NCBI GenBank assembly: GCA_020056715.1
Contig: JAGVHG010000040.1
Span: 11,920 to 75,919 of the forward strand
Direction of reading: 5' to 3'
DNA from: Phycisphaerae bacterium
GTDB lineage: Bacteria; Planctomycetota; Phycisphaerae; UBA1845
DNA: 64,000 nt
In this document: positions 8,686 through 17,977 of the stretch, piece after piece
Position numbering within the stretch: the first letter of the stretch is position 1
How the letters are laid out: every line of letters begins with the position of its first letter
Notes under the pieces: model-generated
What the model was told of the DNA's origin: nothing
The model's input: only the letters and a program-made list of their open reading frames with translations
Databases searched by the model: none
Translations under genes and position numbers: made by a program

Positions 8686-11600
8686 TCATTCGCGGTCCGG
8701 CTTGCCTTGATGCAATCGTGGAGTCGTCGCGCTGTCATCAGTCACACCCTTGCGCGGCACGGTGTCTGACGCGGCGCCGCTGTTCATCGCTCCCAGCGGC
8801 GGCCCGGGACACGGCGTGTCATCGCGCGGACTCACCCAATCGTACTCGCCCCAGGCCATGCCATGCCCGTGGCACGTCTGGCACGAGGTGCAATAGGCAT
8901 GCCAATCATAGGCCGCCAACCAGTCCGCGTGGCACACGGTGCAAAGTCCGTTGGCGCTTCCCCATCCCACATTGAGCCCGCTGACCGGCACTGTAACCGC
9001 GCGGGCCTGGCCGAACGTGTTCCACGGCGGTCCATTGAATCCGCTGCCGCCGGCGGTGCGTATGCCGTCGTCGACGAATGTAGTGCCGTCTACGAAGTCA
9101 CGAATCATGTAAGGGTTTCCGGCTGAGTTCGTCGGCGAGTAGGAACCGTGCGGGTCGTGACAGACGACGCAAGCGGTCACCGCGCCGGGCGCGCCGGAGT
9201 ACCCGGGCCAGCCGCGCTTCGAGTCCGTCCCGTGCGCAGAGTGTGTCCATGAGTAGTCCACATACCAGGGGCCCTCGACATAGTCGCACGAATCGACGCC
9301 GCGCAGCGAGGAGCACGCCCCGCCCAGACACGCGCCGCCGAGGATGTTGTTCCAATTAAAGCCCAACGACGCCCAGCGCGGATCGGTTGCGTCGATCGTC
9401 GGCCCCGCAACGCCCGGCGGGAAGCTCGGGTCGAGCGGGCCGGTGCCGCCATTGTGGCACGACAAGCAGAATCCGTCGCCGCTGCCCGTCCACGGTGTCG
9501 TGTTGGCGAACGGATCGGTAAGCGGCCGGGTCCGGGACGCGGCATGCGCGCCGTGGCAGTTGAGGCATTCGATCTTCGCCCCGCTGAACGCCTGGTCCGC
9601 GTCGCTGATGTCGTGGTGACTGTTGACGGCGCGCAACGTGCCCTCGTTGCCGAAGCAGAAGTCGCCGTATTTCTCTTCCCACTGCAGCGTTCCCTGGAAC
9701 CTGCCGGCAACATCGAGCGGAACGGTGCCGCCGCCGAAGGGATCGAACGGCGTCGCCAGCCGGGCAGAGCCGTCGGAATCATGGCACGCGGCGCAGAAGT
9801 CGGACAGGTCGGGGTCGCCCGTGAGGTCACCGGGTTTTTGGAAGCGATAAACGCCGCCGCCGTCGGGATCGATCAAATCGACATAGCCGTCCATGTGGGT
9901 GCCCTGGTCATGGCACACCACGCACGCGCCGGTTCCAAGCTCAACTCCGTAATGGGCGTGCGCGTCGCCGACGGGGAACTCGCCGACCACCGCCCGTCGT
10001 CCGCCCGGCGGGATGCCGTCGCCGTTGTTCTGTGCCACAGAGTGGCACGATATGCAGTCGCCGCCCGTGGGTATGAAGCCGGCGCTATGGGGATGGCAGT
10101 CTATGCAGTTCTGCCCGTTGTTGTGCGGCGTGCCGCTCCCATCCTGGCGGTGGTAACTGGTCGCGGTGTGGCACACCTGGCAGAGGCCGTCATTGGCCGC
10201 CGGGTCGCCGTCGTCGAGGCTGTTCGCTCCCGTGCGCGCGGAGAATACCACGGGCTTGTCCGCACCCAGCGTCCGGTTGTAGACCGACGTGCCCACTAGC
10301 GCCAAGTTGCCGCTCTTGGGGTTGTGCGTGTCGTGGCACTCCGAGCAGGTCGGTTGCCACGAACCCTGCGGCGTGTGCCCGATGTAATCTACGTGGCACT
10401 GCTTGCACAGCGTACCGTCCCGATTGCTCACCCGAAGGTACGGCGAGCCGGCGGTGTTGTTGTGCTGATTGTGACAGGTGGCGCACTTGATGACTCCGCC
10501 CGATAGATAACGAGCCATTTCGCTCCCGGCCGGCGGGCCGACCGATCCGACCGATGCGTTAATCGCCGCCACGCCCCACGCGTGGGAACGACCGCCCGAA
10601 TCCGGCGCCGGCGAGCCGTTGAGGACGCGATCCGCGCTGCGGAACGCTGAGTCCAAGGCGTGGCCGCCGCTGGTGTGGCAAGAGAGGCAGAGGTTGCTCT
10701 GACCGGCGACCGTGGCCGCATGTCCGCCCGGTTCGCCGTCGATATTGTGGCAACGGGCGCAGGGCGTATCGCTGAGCATGTGCGGGGGTTCCCAGCCGCC
10801 CGTCACGGCGACGGCGTCGGCGTCGAGGGACGCGCTCTTCGGTCCCGTGCGGGTGAGTCGCGAGAGCCTAGCCACCCCGCCGAGAACCTTGCGCAAGGCG
10901 GCGTCGAAGGGGCTGTCATTCGTGCCGCGGTAGAACGTTCCAAGTTCGCCTGCGGCCGCGACACTCGGCGGGTCGTAAATCTCGACGGTGCCGACGTTGC
11001 TGTTTGCGATCAGGACGCGGCCTGTGGCGTCGAGAGCGACGTCGCACGGCGTCTGGAGATCGCCCGGCGCGGCGCCGTAGCCGACGAGCTTGCCGAGCTC
11101 CGCACCGCGCAGATCGAACACGCGGAGGGTTCCCATGATCGCGTCGGTGACGTACACCCGCCCGGAGGCGTCGACGGCCAGCCCTGCGACGCGCGCGAAC
11201 CAGCCTTCGCTGGTCCCGTCGGGCAAATACTTGATGCGGTACCCGAAGGAAAACCGAAACAGGCCCGAGGTGTCGAAAACCTGCACGCGGAAGTTGTCCT
11301 GATCGGCCACGAGGATGCGATGGTTGATCGCGTCCAGTGCGATGGCGCTGGGATACTTGAATTGGCCGAACCCACTGCCGCGGATTCCGAACATGAGGAC
11401 CAGTGCGCCTGCGGCGTCGAACGCGTACACGCGGTCCGCGCCGCTGTCCACGACGTAGACGAGGCCGCTATCGGGATCGACCGCCAGATCGGTTGGCTGC
11501 ACGAAGGCGACGACTCCATCGCCGAGAAATTGCAGGAACGTAAACGTGGAGTCGTAAACGGCGACCTTAGCGTCGCGACGGGAGACGAAGATTCGGCCGT

Positions 11601-11838
11601 CCGCATGGACGGCGACGCCGACCGGCCCGCCCGATTCGATCCATACGCTCAAAGGACTGCCGCTTGTGTCGAATCGCCGGATCACGCCCGAGCGCGGATC
11701 GGTGACGAGGATTTCGGCGGCGGTGACGGCGATCCGGGCCGGACTGTCCAGCCCCGCTGAGAGCGTCATGCGGTGGGTTATCGGTCCAATCTGTGCGACG
11801 GACGAAAGAGAGATTGCTATTGCGGCCCCAATGAACAT
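8686..11838 (-). CDS. secreted NHL-repeat beta-propeller fused to a multihaem c-type cytochrome (15 CxxCH motifs)
   Basis: Signal-peptide-like N-terminus MFIGAAIAISLSSVAQ. NHL-type repeats in the first ~300 aa. Then CARCH, CLSCH, CATCH, CKQCH, CSECH, CQVCH, CIDCH, CISCH, CVVCH, CAACH, CLNCH, CLSCH, CVVCH, CTVCH, CQTCH. GGAGGA lies 7 nt upstream of the ATG. Confidence 0.88.
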   Translation of the reverse strand: MFIGAAIAISLSSVAQIGPITHRMTLSAGLDSPARIAVTAAEILVTDPRSGVIRRFDTSGSPLSVWIESGGPVGVAVHADGRIFVSRRDAKVAVYDSTFTFLQFLGDGVVAFVQPTDLAVDPDSGLVYVVDSGADRVYAFDAAGALVLMFGIRGSGFGQFKYPSAIALDAINHRILVADQDNFRVQVFDTSGLFRFSFGYRIKYLPDGTSEGWFARVAGLAVDASGRVYVTDAIMGTLRVFDLRGAELGKLVGYGAAPGDLQTPCDVALDATGRVLIANSNVGTVEIYDPPSVAAAGELGTFYRGTNDSPFDAALRKVLGGVARLSRLTRTGPKSASLDADAVAVTGGWEPPHMLSDTPCARCHNIDGEPGGHAATVAGQSNLCLSCHTSGGHALDSAFRSADRVLNGSPAPDSGGRSHAWGVAAINASVGSVGPPAGSEMARYLSGGVIKCATCHNQHNNTAGSPYLRVSNRDGTLCKQCHVDYIGHTPQGSWQPTCSECHDTHNPKSGNLALVGTSVYNRTLGADKPVVFSARTGANSLDDGDPAANDGLCQVCHTATSYHRQDGSGTPHNNGQNCIDCHPHSAGFIPTGGDCISCHSVAQNNGDGIPPGGRRAVVGEFPVGDAHAHYGVELGTGACVVCHDQGTHMDGYVDLIDPDGGGVYRFQKPGDLTGDPDLSDFCAACHDSDGSARLATPFDPFGGGTVPLDVAGRFQGTLQWEEKYGDFCFGNEGTLRAVNSHHDISDADQAFSGAKIECLNCHGAHAASRTRPLTDPFANTTPWTGSGDGFCLSCHNGGTGPLDPSFPPGVAGPTIDATDPRWASLGFNWNNILGGACLGGACSSLRGVDSCDYVEGPWYVDYSWTHSAHGTDSKRGWPGYSGAPGAVTACVVCHDPHGSYSPTNSAGNPYMIRDFVDGTTFVDDGIRTAGGSGFNGPPWNTFGQARAVTVPVSGLNVGWGSANGLCTVCHADWLAAYDWHAYCTSCQTCHGHGMAWGEYDWVSPRDDTPCPGPPLGAMNSGAASDTVPRKGVTDDSATTPRLHQGKPDRE

Positions 11839-11899
11839 GATTGCATCCTCCAGCGCGAATAGCGCGCACTACATCCCCAGTTCCTGACGCACTCTGTTG

Positions 11900-11916
11900 T
11901 GGCATTTTTCGTGCCA
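11900..11916 (-). promoter_or_regulatory. sigma-54 (-24/-12) promoter candidate upstream of the NHL-multihaem cytochrome gene
   Basis: The minus strand reads TGGCACGAAAAATGCCA. TGGCACG is a perfect -24 element. The GC of ATGC is at the canonical spacing (GG to GC 12 nt). It lies about 60-80 nt upstream of the ATG at 11838. The site is also palindromic (TGGCA-N7-TGCCA). Confidence 0.5.
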
Positions 11917-12298
11917 TTGGGGCACGCTTATCGCATATGGCGATCAACCACCACTTATCGCTGTATGGGACGCATTTTCGGGCAGTCTGCGGTTCACTGA
12001 GTACAGTTTAGCTTGTCATTCGACGGAATACGGCGAACGTTTTTCTCATTACCGAGAATGACGGGCAAATACCCCACCGGTTGCTGGGCGGAAACCCAAG
12101 TTCCGCAGTTCGGCGATGAAAACAGCATTGTAGTGGGTGCCGAGGCCGTTCGAGCGAGAAAGTCGTAACTACAATTGGCCCCCGTCCGGGAGAGCGGGCA
12201 GTGGGAGTAGTACTGGCAAACTCGAAAAATCGCGTAATGCCAAAATCCGTGGCCAGACCCGGTGGCCAGACGCCATACCTGGGGGCGTTTACCTCTTG

Positions 12299-12327
12299 TT
12301 GACCTGTGTATCAAAGTTCGCTATCTT
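12299..12327 (+). promoter_or_regulatory. sigma-70-type promoter candidate for the IPTL-CTERM protein gene
   Basis: TTGACC, 17 nt, TATCTT, 116 nt upstream of ATG 12443. A 10-bp direct repeat GTGGCCAGAC (12249-12258 and 12262-12271) lies just upstream. Confidence 0.3.
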
Positions 12328-12442
12328 CACCATTGAGCGGTGCTGTTTACGCGCACTGTCGAAGACAACGGAACGGCGAATCGGGGTCGTGCCGGAGTTC
12401 CGCATCGGCGGCCTGAACGACCTCCCAGAGGAGGAGACGGAC

Positions 12443-13576
12443 ATGTGGTCGAACAACGAGGGGGTTCTCAACGTCCAACGTCGACGAAAAAGAACATTGG
12501 CAATCCTGATCCCCGCTTGCATTATCGGCCTTGCGCGCGGCGCCGAGATTCGCCCCGGCGAGGAGAAGCCGAGCGCCGCTCAAGACTCGGCGCGAATGAC
12601 AACTGTTGGGGACGTGGGGAGGACGGAGCAGGTTGCGGGAAGCCTCCCCGAGTTCTATTTCGAGCCGAGTAACATCACTGTTCCGCCCGGCGGTGGCACT
12701 GTGATGTTGAATGTCGCTCTAAGGAACTGGCCGCTACGCCTTGGCGCAATCTCGGCGGACCCGAAAGTGGTTCGCGTCGTTGGGCCAACTTGTCCGCCCT
12801 TATGTCCTTGTCATCCAGATCCCGCGCACTTCACTTTCGCGAGCGCGCCGAATTGGATCTTTGGCAACGCCCCTACTACGTCATGTCACCCCTGCCAGTT
12901 TCCCGAGAGCTTTTCCGTCGACGTTACTAACAAGCCCGCCGACGCGGTTCATTACTACGACGGAGCGAATGGACTCATCGGCACCCTTGAGGTGATCGTC
13001 AGTCCCGGCTGCGAACCCAACACGCAGATCGTAATCGGCACTAGCTCTAGCTTTCCACCAAGTGTTAGCTCGTTGGCAGATAACTTTCTTGTTCTTATAG
13101 ACGACGAAGGGAACGAAACGAAAAGTGCATTCACCGTGATACCCGCGTTCATACTAGTCGTAGGCACAGGCGCGTGCTGCGACCGTCGAATCGTCGATCC
13201 TCTTCTCCGTTGCCGGGACGGCGTACCGGAGTCTCAGTGCATCGTCGATGACCCCACGCAGGTTTCCTGGACCGAGGGAATCTTGTGTCAGGACTTGGAT
13301 CCCGCGTGCACCGAGCACACGGGTGCCTGCTGCGACGAGGACACCTTTGGAAGCTGCCAAGACAACGTGCCGGCGTCGCAATGCAACTGCAAGAAATGCT
13401 TGTTCTACAAGGGTACGCCGTGCAGCGAGATCGAGTGCGTGCACAACCCAATTCCGACGGTTTCCGAGTGGGGGTTGATGGTCCTTGCCCTTCTCCTGCT
13501 CACCGGGGCGAAACTGGCCTTCCGTCGCGCGAGCCGGGGTGAGCCCGCCGACTTTGACGTCACCCACGAGGGGTGA
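12443..13576 (+). CDS. secreted Cys-rich protein with an IPTL-CTERM-type C-terminal sorting signal
   Basis: ATG 12443 is preceded by GGAGGAG. The N-terminus RRRKRTLAILIPACIIGLARGAE is signal-like. The C-terminus IPTVSEWGLMVLALLLLTGAKLAFRR matches the IPTL motif, TM helix and basic cluster. There are two GACCD...SQC Cys-rich modules. The track ORF start at 12137 is an upstream stop-free extension. Confidence 0.75.
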   Translation: MWSNNEGVLNVQRRRKRTLAILIPACIIGLARGAEIRPGEEKPSAAQDSARMTTVGDVGRTEQVAGSLPEFYFEPSNITVPPGGGTVMLNVALRNWPLRLGAISADPKVVRVVGPTCPPLCPCHPDPAHFTFASAPNWIFGNAPTTSCHPCQFPESFSVDVTNKPADAVHYYDGANGLIGTLEVIVSPGCEPNTQIVIGTSSSFPPSVSSLADNFLVLIDDEGNETKSAFTVIPAFILVVGTGACCDRRIVDPLLRCRDGVPESQCIVDDPTQVSWTEGILCQDLDPACTEHTGACCDEDTFGSCQDNVPASQCNCKKCLFYKGTPCSEIECVHNPIPTVSEWGLMVLALLLLTGAKLAFRRASRGEPADFDVTHEG

Positions 13577-13632
13577 CGCTAGATCGTCCGCGAGATTGCG
13601 CTCGCGGCTCGGATCGGTCGTGTCGCTCGGGT

Positions 13633-13735
13633 TGGCCCGTCGCTTGCGCTCCGGGTTCTGATTCGTTTCGGAATTCTGCGGGCGTAGCGATAAAGATCGA
13701 CGTAGACCCTCCCCGCTCCAAGGGGCGGGGACTCG
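13633..13735. repeat. family F/G core plus C-rich/G-rich hairpin between convergent genes
   Basis: The reverse complement of 13633-13663 reads atcagaacccggagcgcaagcgacgggcca, matching about 26 of 30 positions of the 62570 element by hand alignment. 13705-13735 (gaccctccccgc-tccaag-gggcggggactc) resembles the hairpin at 4326. Confidence 0.55.
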
Positions 13736-13759
13736 ACGTGCCTCAAACGCACCTCTCGT

Positions 13760-16420
13760 CTACGGCGGCGTTGGCGCGTGGGGTAAAAGATCGCGAAAGA
13801 ACTTCTCTCGGTCGGGGCGCTCCCAAGCCGCGTATAGGTCCGCCAGGCGAGTGGCGGTCTCTACCGTCCGGAAGTATGACTCCCCCTTCGTGCTCGAGAG
13901 GATGCGGTACGCCTCGAGGAGATGCTGTTCGGCTTCCTCGAAACGAGCGAGTTTGGCCAGGCAGGCACCGAGGCTAGTCAGAGTTACAGCAACGATCTCG
14001 CTGTTGTCACCGAAGAGCTTCCGACGCATGTCAAGGGCTGTACGATGTAACCTTTCGGCCTCCGTTAAGTCGCCCTTCTCACGGAGTATAGCACCCAGGG
14101 TGTTCAGGTCCGAGGCTATCCGCGGGTGCTCGTTCCCGAGCCGCTTTTGATCGATCTGGAGGGCGTCGCGGACTAGAGGCTCGGCCTCATCGTATCTGTG
14201 CCGGTTCAGCAGCAGGGCCGCAAGGTGGTTGGAACACGACGCCACCTCCGGGGATTCTTCCCCAAAGATGAACCGGTACCCGGACAATACCTCGCGGTAC
14301 AAAGGCTCAGCCCGTTCCAGCTCGCCCTCGAAATACAACAATGCGGCGAGGTAATGCAAAGCCTCAAGGACAAGCGGATGCCGGTCGCCAAAGCGAGTTT
14401 TCCGAATGCTCAGCGCCTCAAGATACATGCCTTCAGCGCGCTGGAAATCGCCCCGGACTTGGGCAATCGTCCCCAAGTCGATCAGGGAAAGCGCGACCTC
14501 GGGACTGCCATCGCCGAACAGATCCCGGCGGATCGCAAGCGCTTGGTTGTAGAGGCTCTCCGCTTCGTCGTTGCGGGACAATTTTAGTAGAGTGTTGCCC
14601 GTAGCAGCCATCGACTCTGCCACTTGGGGATGCCGATCGCCGAATAAGGACCGCCTCATACGCAGGGCGTCCTCGTGCGTGCGGAGGGCTTTCTCGTACT
14701 CCCCGCGAGCATCCAGCACGTCGCCGAGGGCGCGGAGGGAGGAGGCGATCTCTTCGCTGGGTTCCACGAGTGAGGATTGACGGATGGACAACGATTCCTC
14801 GAGGAGTCGTTGGGCTTGTTCGAATAAACCCAGCTTGGCGTGGACGTTGCCGAGCGTCTCCAGAAGTGCGCCGCGGATGAGGGGTTGGTCTCGAAGCTCA
14901 TACCGAACTCGAGCCGCCCCCCGGTCGAGGATTTCACGTGTGGTCAGATGAGCGCCCTGTGATTCAAGGGGATCGGAGACGTTGAACAGCCCAACAAGGA
15001 AATCTGAAACTTGTCGAGCGGTAAGAGCTTCGCGGTCCGCCCGGCTGCGCTCGCGCTCCGCACGATCGGCCTCATCTCGCGCCAGTACCTCATTGGCCTG
15101 CGCGACTTCTCGCTGTTCGGCTTCGCGGCCTCGGGCTTGCTCCGCTTGACCGCGCTGCCTCTCGGCACGAAAGTAAAGTCGGGTCATGCCAACTGCCGCT
15201 CCCGCGAGCACCGTGACAAAAAGCGTACTCACCAGTACCGTCCCGCGATTCCGCCGCACGAACTTCTGCAGGCGGTACAGGCGGTTTGGTGGGCCTGCTT
15301 GTACCGGCTCATTGTTGAGATGGCGGATGATATCATCGGCAAAAGCAAAAGCCGTGGCGTAGCGCCGAGTGCGGTCCTTTTCCAAGGCCTTCATGATGAT
15401 CCAGTCCAGGTCGCCGCGGACTTGGCGAAGGAGCGTCTTGGGTTCGGTATGGCGGCGGTGGGCGATGTCGTCGATTGACGAGCCGCCCGCCGCAGGCGGG
15501 TGAGGGAGCGGAGATTTCGGGTCCGCGGGCGTGGCAGGACCGCTTGTTGATACGCGCGGTACTGATCTGAGCGCGCTCAGGCGCGTGCTCGGCTTGGGCG
15601 GATCGACCTCGCGGATAATACGCTGAATCTCCGCGAAACCACCGGCAAACAAGGTTCTTGGATCAAACGGCAACGCGCCAACCAGGAGCTCGTAGAGCAG
15701 CACACCCAGCGAGTAGATGTCCGTGCGCGTGTCGATGTCCAGCGCCGTCATCTCCGCCTGTTCGGGGCTCATGTAGCCGGGCGTGCCGATGAGTTGTCCC
15801 TGCTCGGTGAACAGCGTCCGCTCCGTAAGGCGATGTTGCGTGGCCTTCGCAACACCGAAGTCGATCACTTTGGGCACCGGTTTTTCATCCTGCACGGTCA
15901 CCAACACGTTCGACGGTTTGATGTCCCGGTGGATGATTCCCTTCTGATGGGCGTGCTGCACAGCGTGGCACACGTCTATGAAAAGGCGCAGGCGTTCCTC
16001 GGTATTGAGTCGATGCTTATCGCAGTAGTCAGTGATCGGAATACCCGCAACATACTCCATCACGAAGTAGGGTCGCCCAGTTTCGGTGGCCCCCGCGTCG
16101 AAGACCTTGGCCACGTTAGGATGGTTCATCAAGGCCAGAGCTTCGCGCTCGACCTCGAACCGGGTGATCACCTGCCGAGTATCCATACCCAGCTTGACGA
16201 TCTTGAGGGCCACGCGGCGATGGACGGGCTTTTGCTGCTCCGCAAGGTAGACGGTGCCAAACGCGCCCTCGCCGAGCACCTCCAGAAGTTTGTACGGGCC
16301 GATCTCGCGCAGGACTGGCATCCCGGGCGCGGTCTGCGCAGGTGGTCGACCGCCGACATCGGTGTAGTCGGAGCCGTGTTGGATGGACAGCGTTTCTTCC
16401 GACGATCCGTCGCTGGTCAT
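13760..16420 (-). CDS. Ser/Thr protein kinase with a transmembrane segment and C-terminal TPR repeats
   Basis: Hanks kinase motifs [36 protein letters not shown]. One TM helix ([18 protein letters not shown]). About 400 aa of TPR-like repeats. Confidence 0.92.
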   Translation of the reverse strand: MTSDGSSEETLSIQHGSDYTDVGGRPPAQTAPGMPVLREIGPYKLLEVLGEGAFGTVYLAEQQKPVHRRVALKIVKLGMDTRQVITRFEVEREALALMNHPNVAKVFDAGATETGRPYFVMEYVAGIPITDYCDKHRLNTEERLRLFIDVCHAVQHAHQKGIIHRDIKPSNVLVTVQDEKPVPKVIDFGVAKATQHRLTERTLFTEQGQLIGTPGYMSPEQAEMTALDIDTRTDIYSLGVLLYELLVGALPFDPRTLFAGGFAEIQRIIREVDPPKPSTRLSALRSVPRVSTSGPATPADPKSPLPHPPAAGGSSIDDIAHRRHTEPKTLLRQVRGDLDWIIMKALEKDRTRRYATAFAFADDIIRHLNNEPVQAGPPNRLYRLQKFVRRNRGTVLVSTLFVTVLAGAAVGMTRLYFRAERQRGQAEQARGREAEQREVAQANEVLARDEADRAERERSRADREALTARQVSDFLVGLFNVSDPLESQGAHLTTREILDRGAARVRYELRDQPLIRGALLETLGNVHAKLGLFEQAQRLLEESLSIRQSSLVEPSEEIASSLRALGDVLDARGEYEKALRTHEDALRMRRSLFGDRHPQVAESMAATGNTLLKLSRNDEAESLYNQALAIRRDLFGDGSPEVALSLIDLGTIAQVRGDFQRAEGMYLEALSIRKTRFGDRHPLVLEALHYLAALLYFEGELERAEPLYREVLSGYRFIFGEESPEVASCSNHLAALLLNRHRYDEAEPLVRDALQIDQKRLGNEHPRIASDLNTLGAILREKGDLTEAERLHRTALDMRRKLFGDNSEIVAVTLTSLGACLAKLARFEEAEQHLLEAYRILSSTKGESYFRTVETATRLADLYAAWERPDREKFFRDLLPHAPTPP

Positions 16421-16818
16421 GAGCGGCCCTGCTTTCTAAGACGCACTCGATAGGACACGAATAGATGTTTGGGTTATAAGCCAAGGGTGTATCGGTTTCA
16501 AGAGCCGCGGCGGCCACGCGACGACGCGCGTTGATCGGTCGCCCCGGCTACGTGGACCGAGCCCCCGTGACGTTATCTTTTTGGATGAAGGCGCGCCACA
16601 ATCAGAAAAGAAGCGATTGCGAGATAAACGCGGATTTCCAAACGAACCCACCGTAGAATCGCTAAGTCCTTGCGGTGTCGAGAATTATGAAAATGCCCAT
16701 GTCGCGGCAAAGCCAAAACAAAGCCACTCAAAGCCACCCGCGTTCGCAGCGCGTTGCCGGATGGGCGACTTTGGAATCGCAGCCGTCGGCCCAGAAGTTG
16801 ACTGAAGTTGACGAGAGC

Positions 16819-17919
16819 ATGATGCGTCGAGCGCTCGCCCTGGCGAAAAAAGGCGCGGGCCGCGTCGAGCCTAATCCCATGGTGGGCTGCGTTATCGTCC
16901 GCGACGGCCGTGTCATCGGCGAGGGTTACCACCGTCGATTCGGCGGCCCGCACGCCGAGATCGAAGCCCTTCACTCCTGCACACGAAATCCCCGCGACGC
17001 GACGGTCTACGTATCGCTCGAACCTTGCTGCCACCACGGCAAGACTCCGCCCTGCACCGCTGCTTTGATCGAGGCGGGCTTCGCCCGCGTTGTGACGCCG
17101 TTTTACGACCCGAACCCGGCCGTGAACGGCAAAGGTCTTCGACGGCTTCGCGCTGCTGGAATCGCGGTCACCACCGGCGTGCTCGTCCATGAGGCCGCGG
17201 AAGTCCTCGCACCGTTCTTGACCACCGTACGCCTGGGCCGACCGTACATCATCGCCAAATGGGCACAGAGCCTCGACGGGCAGCTCATCACGCCGCCCGG
17301 CGAATCGAAGTGGATATCTTGTGAAATGTCGAGACGGACGGTACACCGCTTGCGTGCCCGCGTCGACGCCATCCTCGTCGGCGTCAGGACGGTGCTCGCC
17401 GATGATCCGCTTCTCACCGCCCGTGATGTTCCCCTCCGGCGTCAAGCGCTCCGCGTCGTGCTCGACGGCCAACTACGGATTCCCGTGAGTGCCAAATTGG
17501 TGGCATCTTCAAAGACTACACCGACGCTCGTATTCACGACGCCTCAGGCGCTCAACACCAAAAAGGCACAACAACTGACGCGCCAGGGCGTGGAACTCGT
17601 GGCGTCCAAGACGCGAAACGGACGATTGCTCCTCGGCGAGTGCTTATCTCATCTAGCCAACCGCAGAGTGACAAACCTGCTGGTCGAAGGCGGTCCGACG
17701 GTCCTCCACGCAATGTTGAAGGCGCGATTGGTCGATGAGGCTTGGGCCTTCGTCGCTCCAAGGCTGATCGGCGGCGACCCGCAACGGTGCTGCCTCGCCA
17801 ACGTGTTCGCCAACACGGATCCCCGCGCCGCGACCGTCGAACGGTCCGGCAATGATCTCCTTTACCGCCTGCGCTTGACCGACCTGCCGCGAGCGGCGGA
17901 AGCGCGAAGATGGAAGTGA
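16819..17919 (+). CDS. ribD: bifunctional riboflavin biosynthesis protein RibD (deaminase/reductase)
   Basis: MMRRALALAKKGAGRVEPNPMVGCVIV..., deaminase zinc motifs HAE and PCCHHGKTPPC, and a C-terminal reductase domain. The track ORF starts at 16675; ATG 16819 fits the usual RibD N-terminus better. Confidence 0.88.
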   Translation: MMRRALALAKKGAGRVEPNPMVGCVIVRDGRVIGEGYHRRFGGPHAEIEALHSCTRNPRDATVYVSLEPCCHHGKTPPCTAALIEAGFARVVTPFYDPNPAVNGKGLRRLRAAGIAVTTGVLVHEAAEVLAPFLTTVRLGRPYIIAKWAQSLDGQLITPPGESKWISCEMSRRTVHRLRARVDAILVGVRTVLADDPLLTARDVPLRRQALRVVLDGQLRIPVSAKLVASSKTTPTLVFTTPQALNTKKAQQLTRQGVELVASKTRNGRLLLGECLSHLANRRVTNLLVEGGPTVLHAMLKARLVDEAWAFVAPRLIGGDPQRCCLANVFANTDPRAATVERSGNDLLYRLRLTDLPRAAEARRWK

Positions 17920-17977
17920 GAAGATAGAAGGGGCCGATCTTGCGATTCTCACCTCTCTCTTCTCTCTTCTAACTTCT
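17916..17977. repeat. nested inverted repeats between the convergent ribD and rodA stops (possible bidirectional terminator; GAAG-rich like family B)
   Basis: gtgagaa (17916-17922) pairs with ttctcac (17946-17952). gaagatagaag (17920-17930) pairs with cttctaacttc (17967-17977) with one mismatch. No clear T-run. Confidence 0.3.

Noticed and set aside
10036-10414. TGGCAC-containing sigma-54-like strings inside the cytochrome gene (for example tggcacgatatgca at ~10043 and tggcactgcttgca at ~10396)
   Set aside because: The GG-to-GC spacing is one or two nt short of the canonical 12. They are also intragenic, on the antisense strand.
9177-11760. Several 200-370-aa ORFs on both strands (9177..9830, 9454..10299, 10660..11760, 11010..11606)
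   Set aside because: All overlap the 1050-aa NHL-multihaem cytochrome gene in other frames. Only that frame carries the 15 CxxCH motifs and NHL repeats.
12137-12442. Upstream 102 codons of the track ORF 12137..13576
   Set aside because: There is no signal peptide or motif there. ATG 12443 has a GGAGGAG Shine-Dalgarno and is followed immediately by a signal-peptide-like segment. A promoter-like TTGACC-17-TATCTT lies inside the supposed upstream coding part.
16421-16818. Possible FMN riboswitch in the 400-nt region upstream of ribD
   Set aside because: I could not find the conserved RFN-element cores or the multi-stem junction. Only a weak ggatggg resemblance is present. An Rfam scan would settle it.
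16573-17472. 299-aa minus-strand ORF
   Set aside because: It is antisense to ribD, which has clear deaminase zinc motifs in the + frame.
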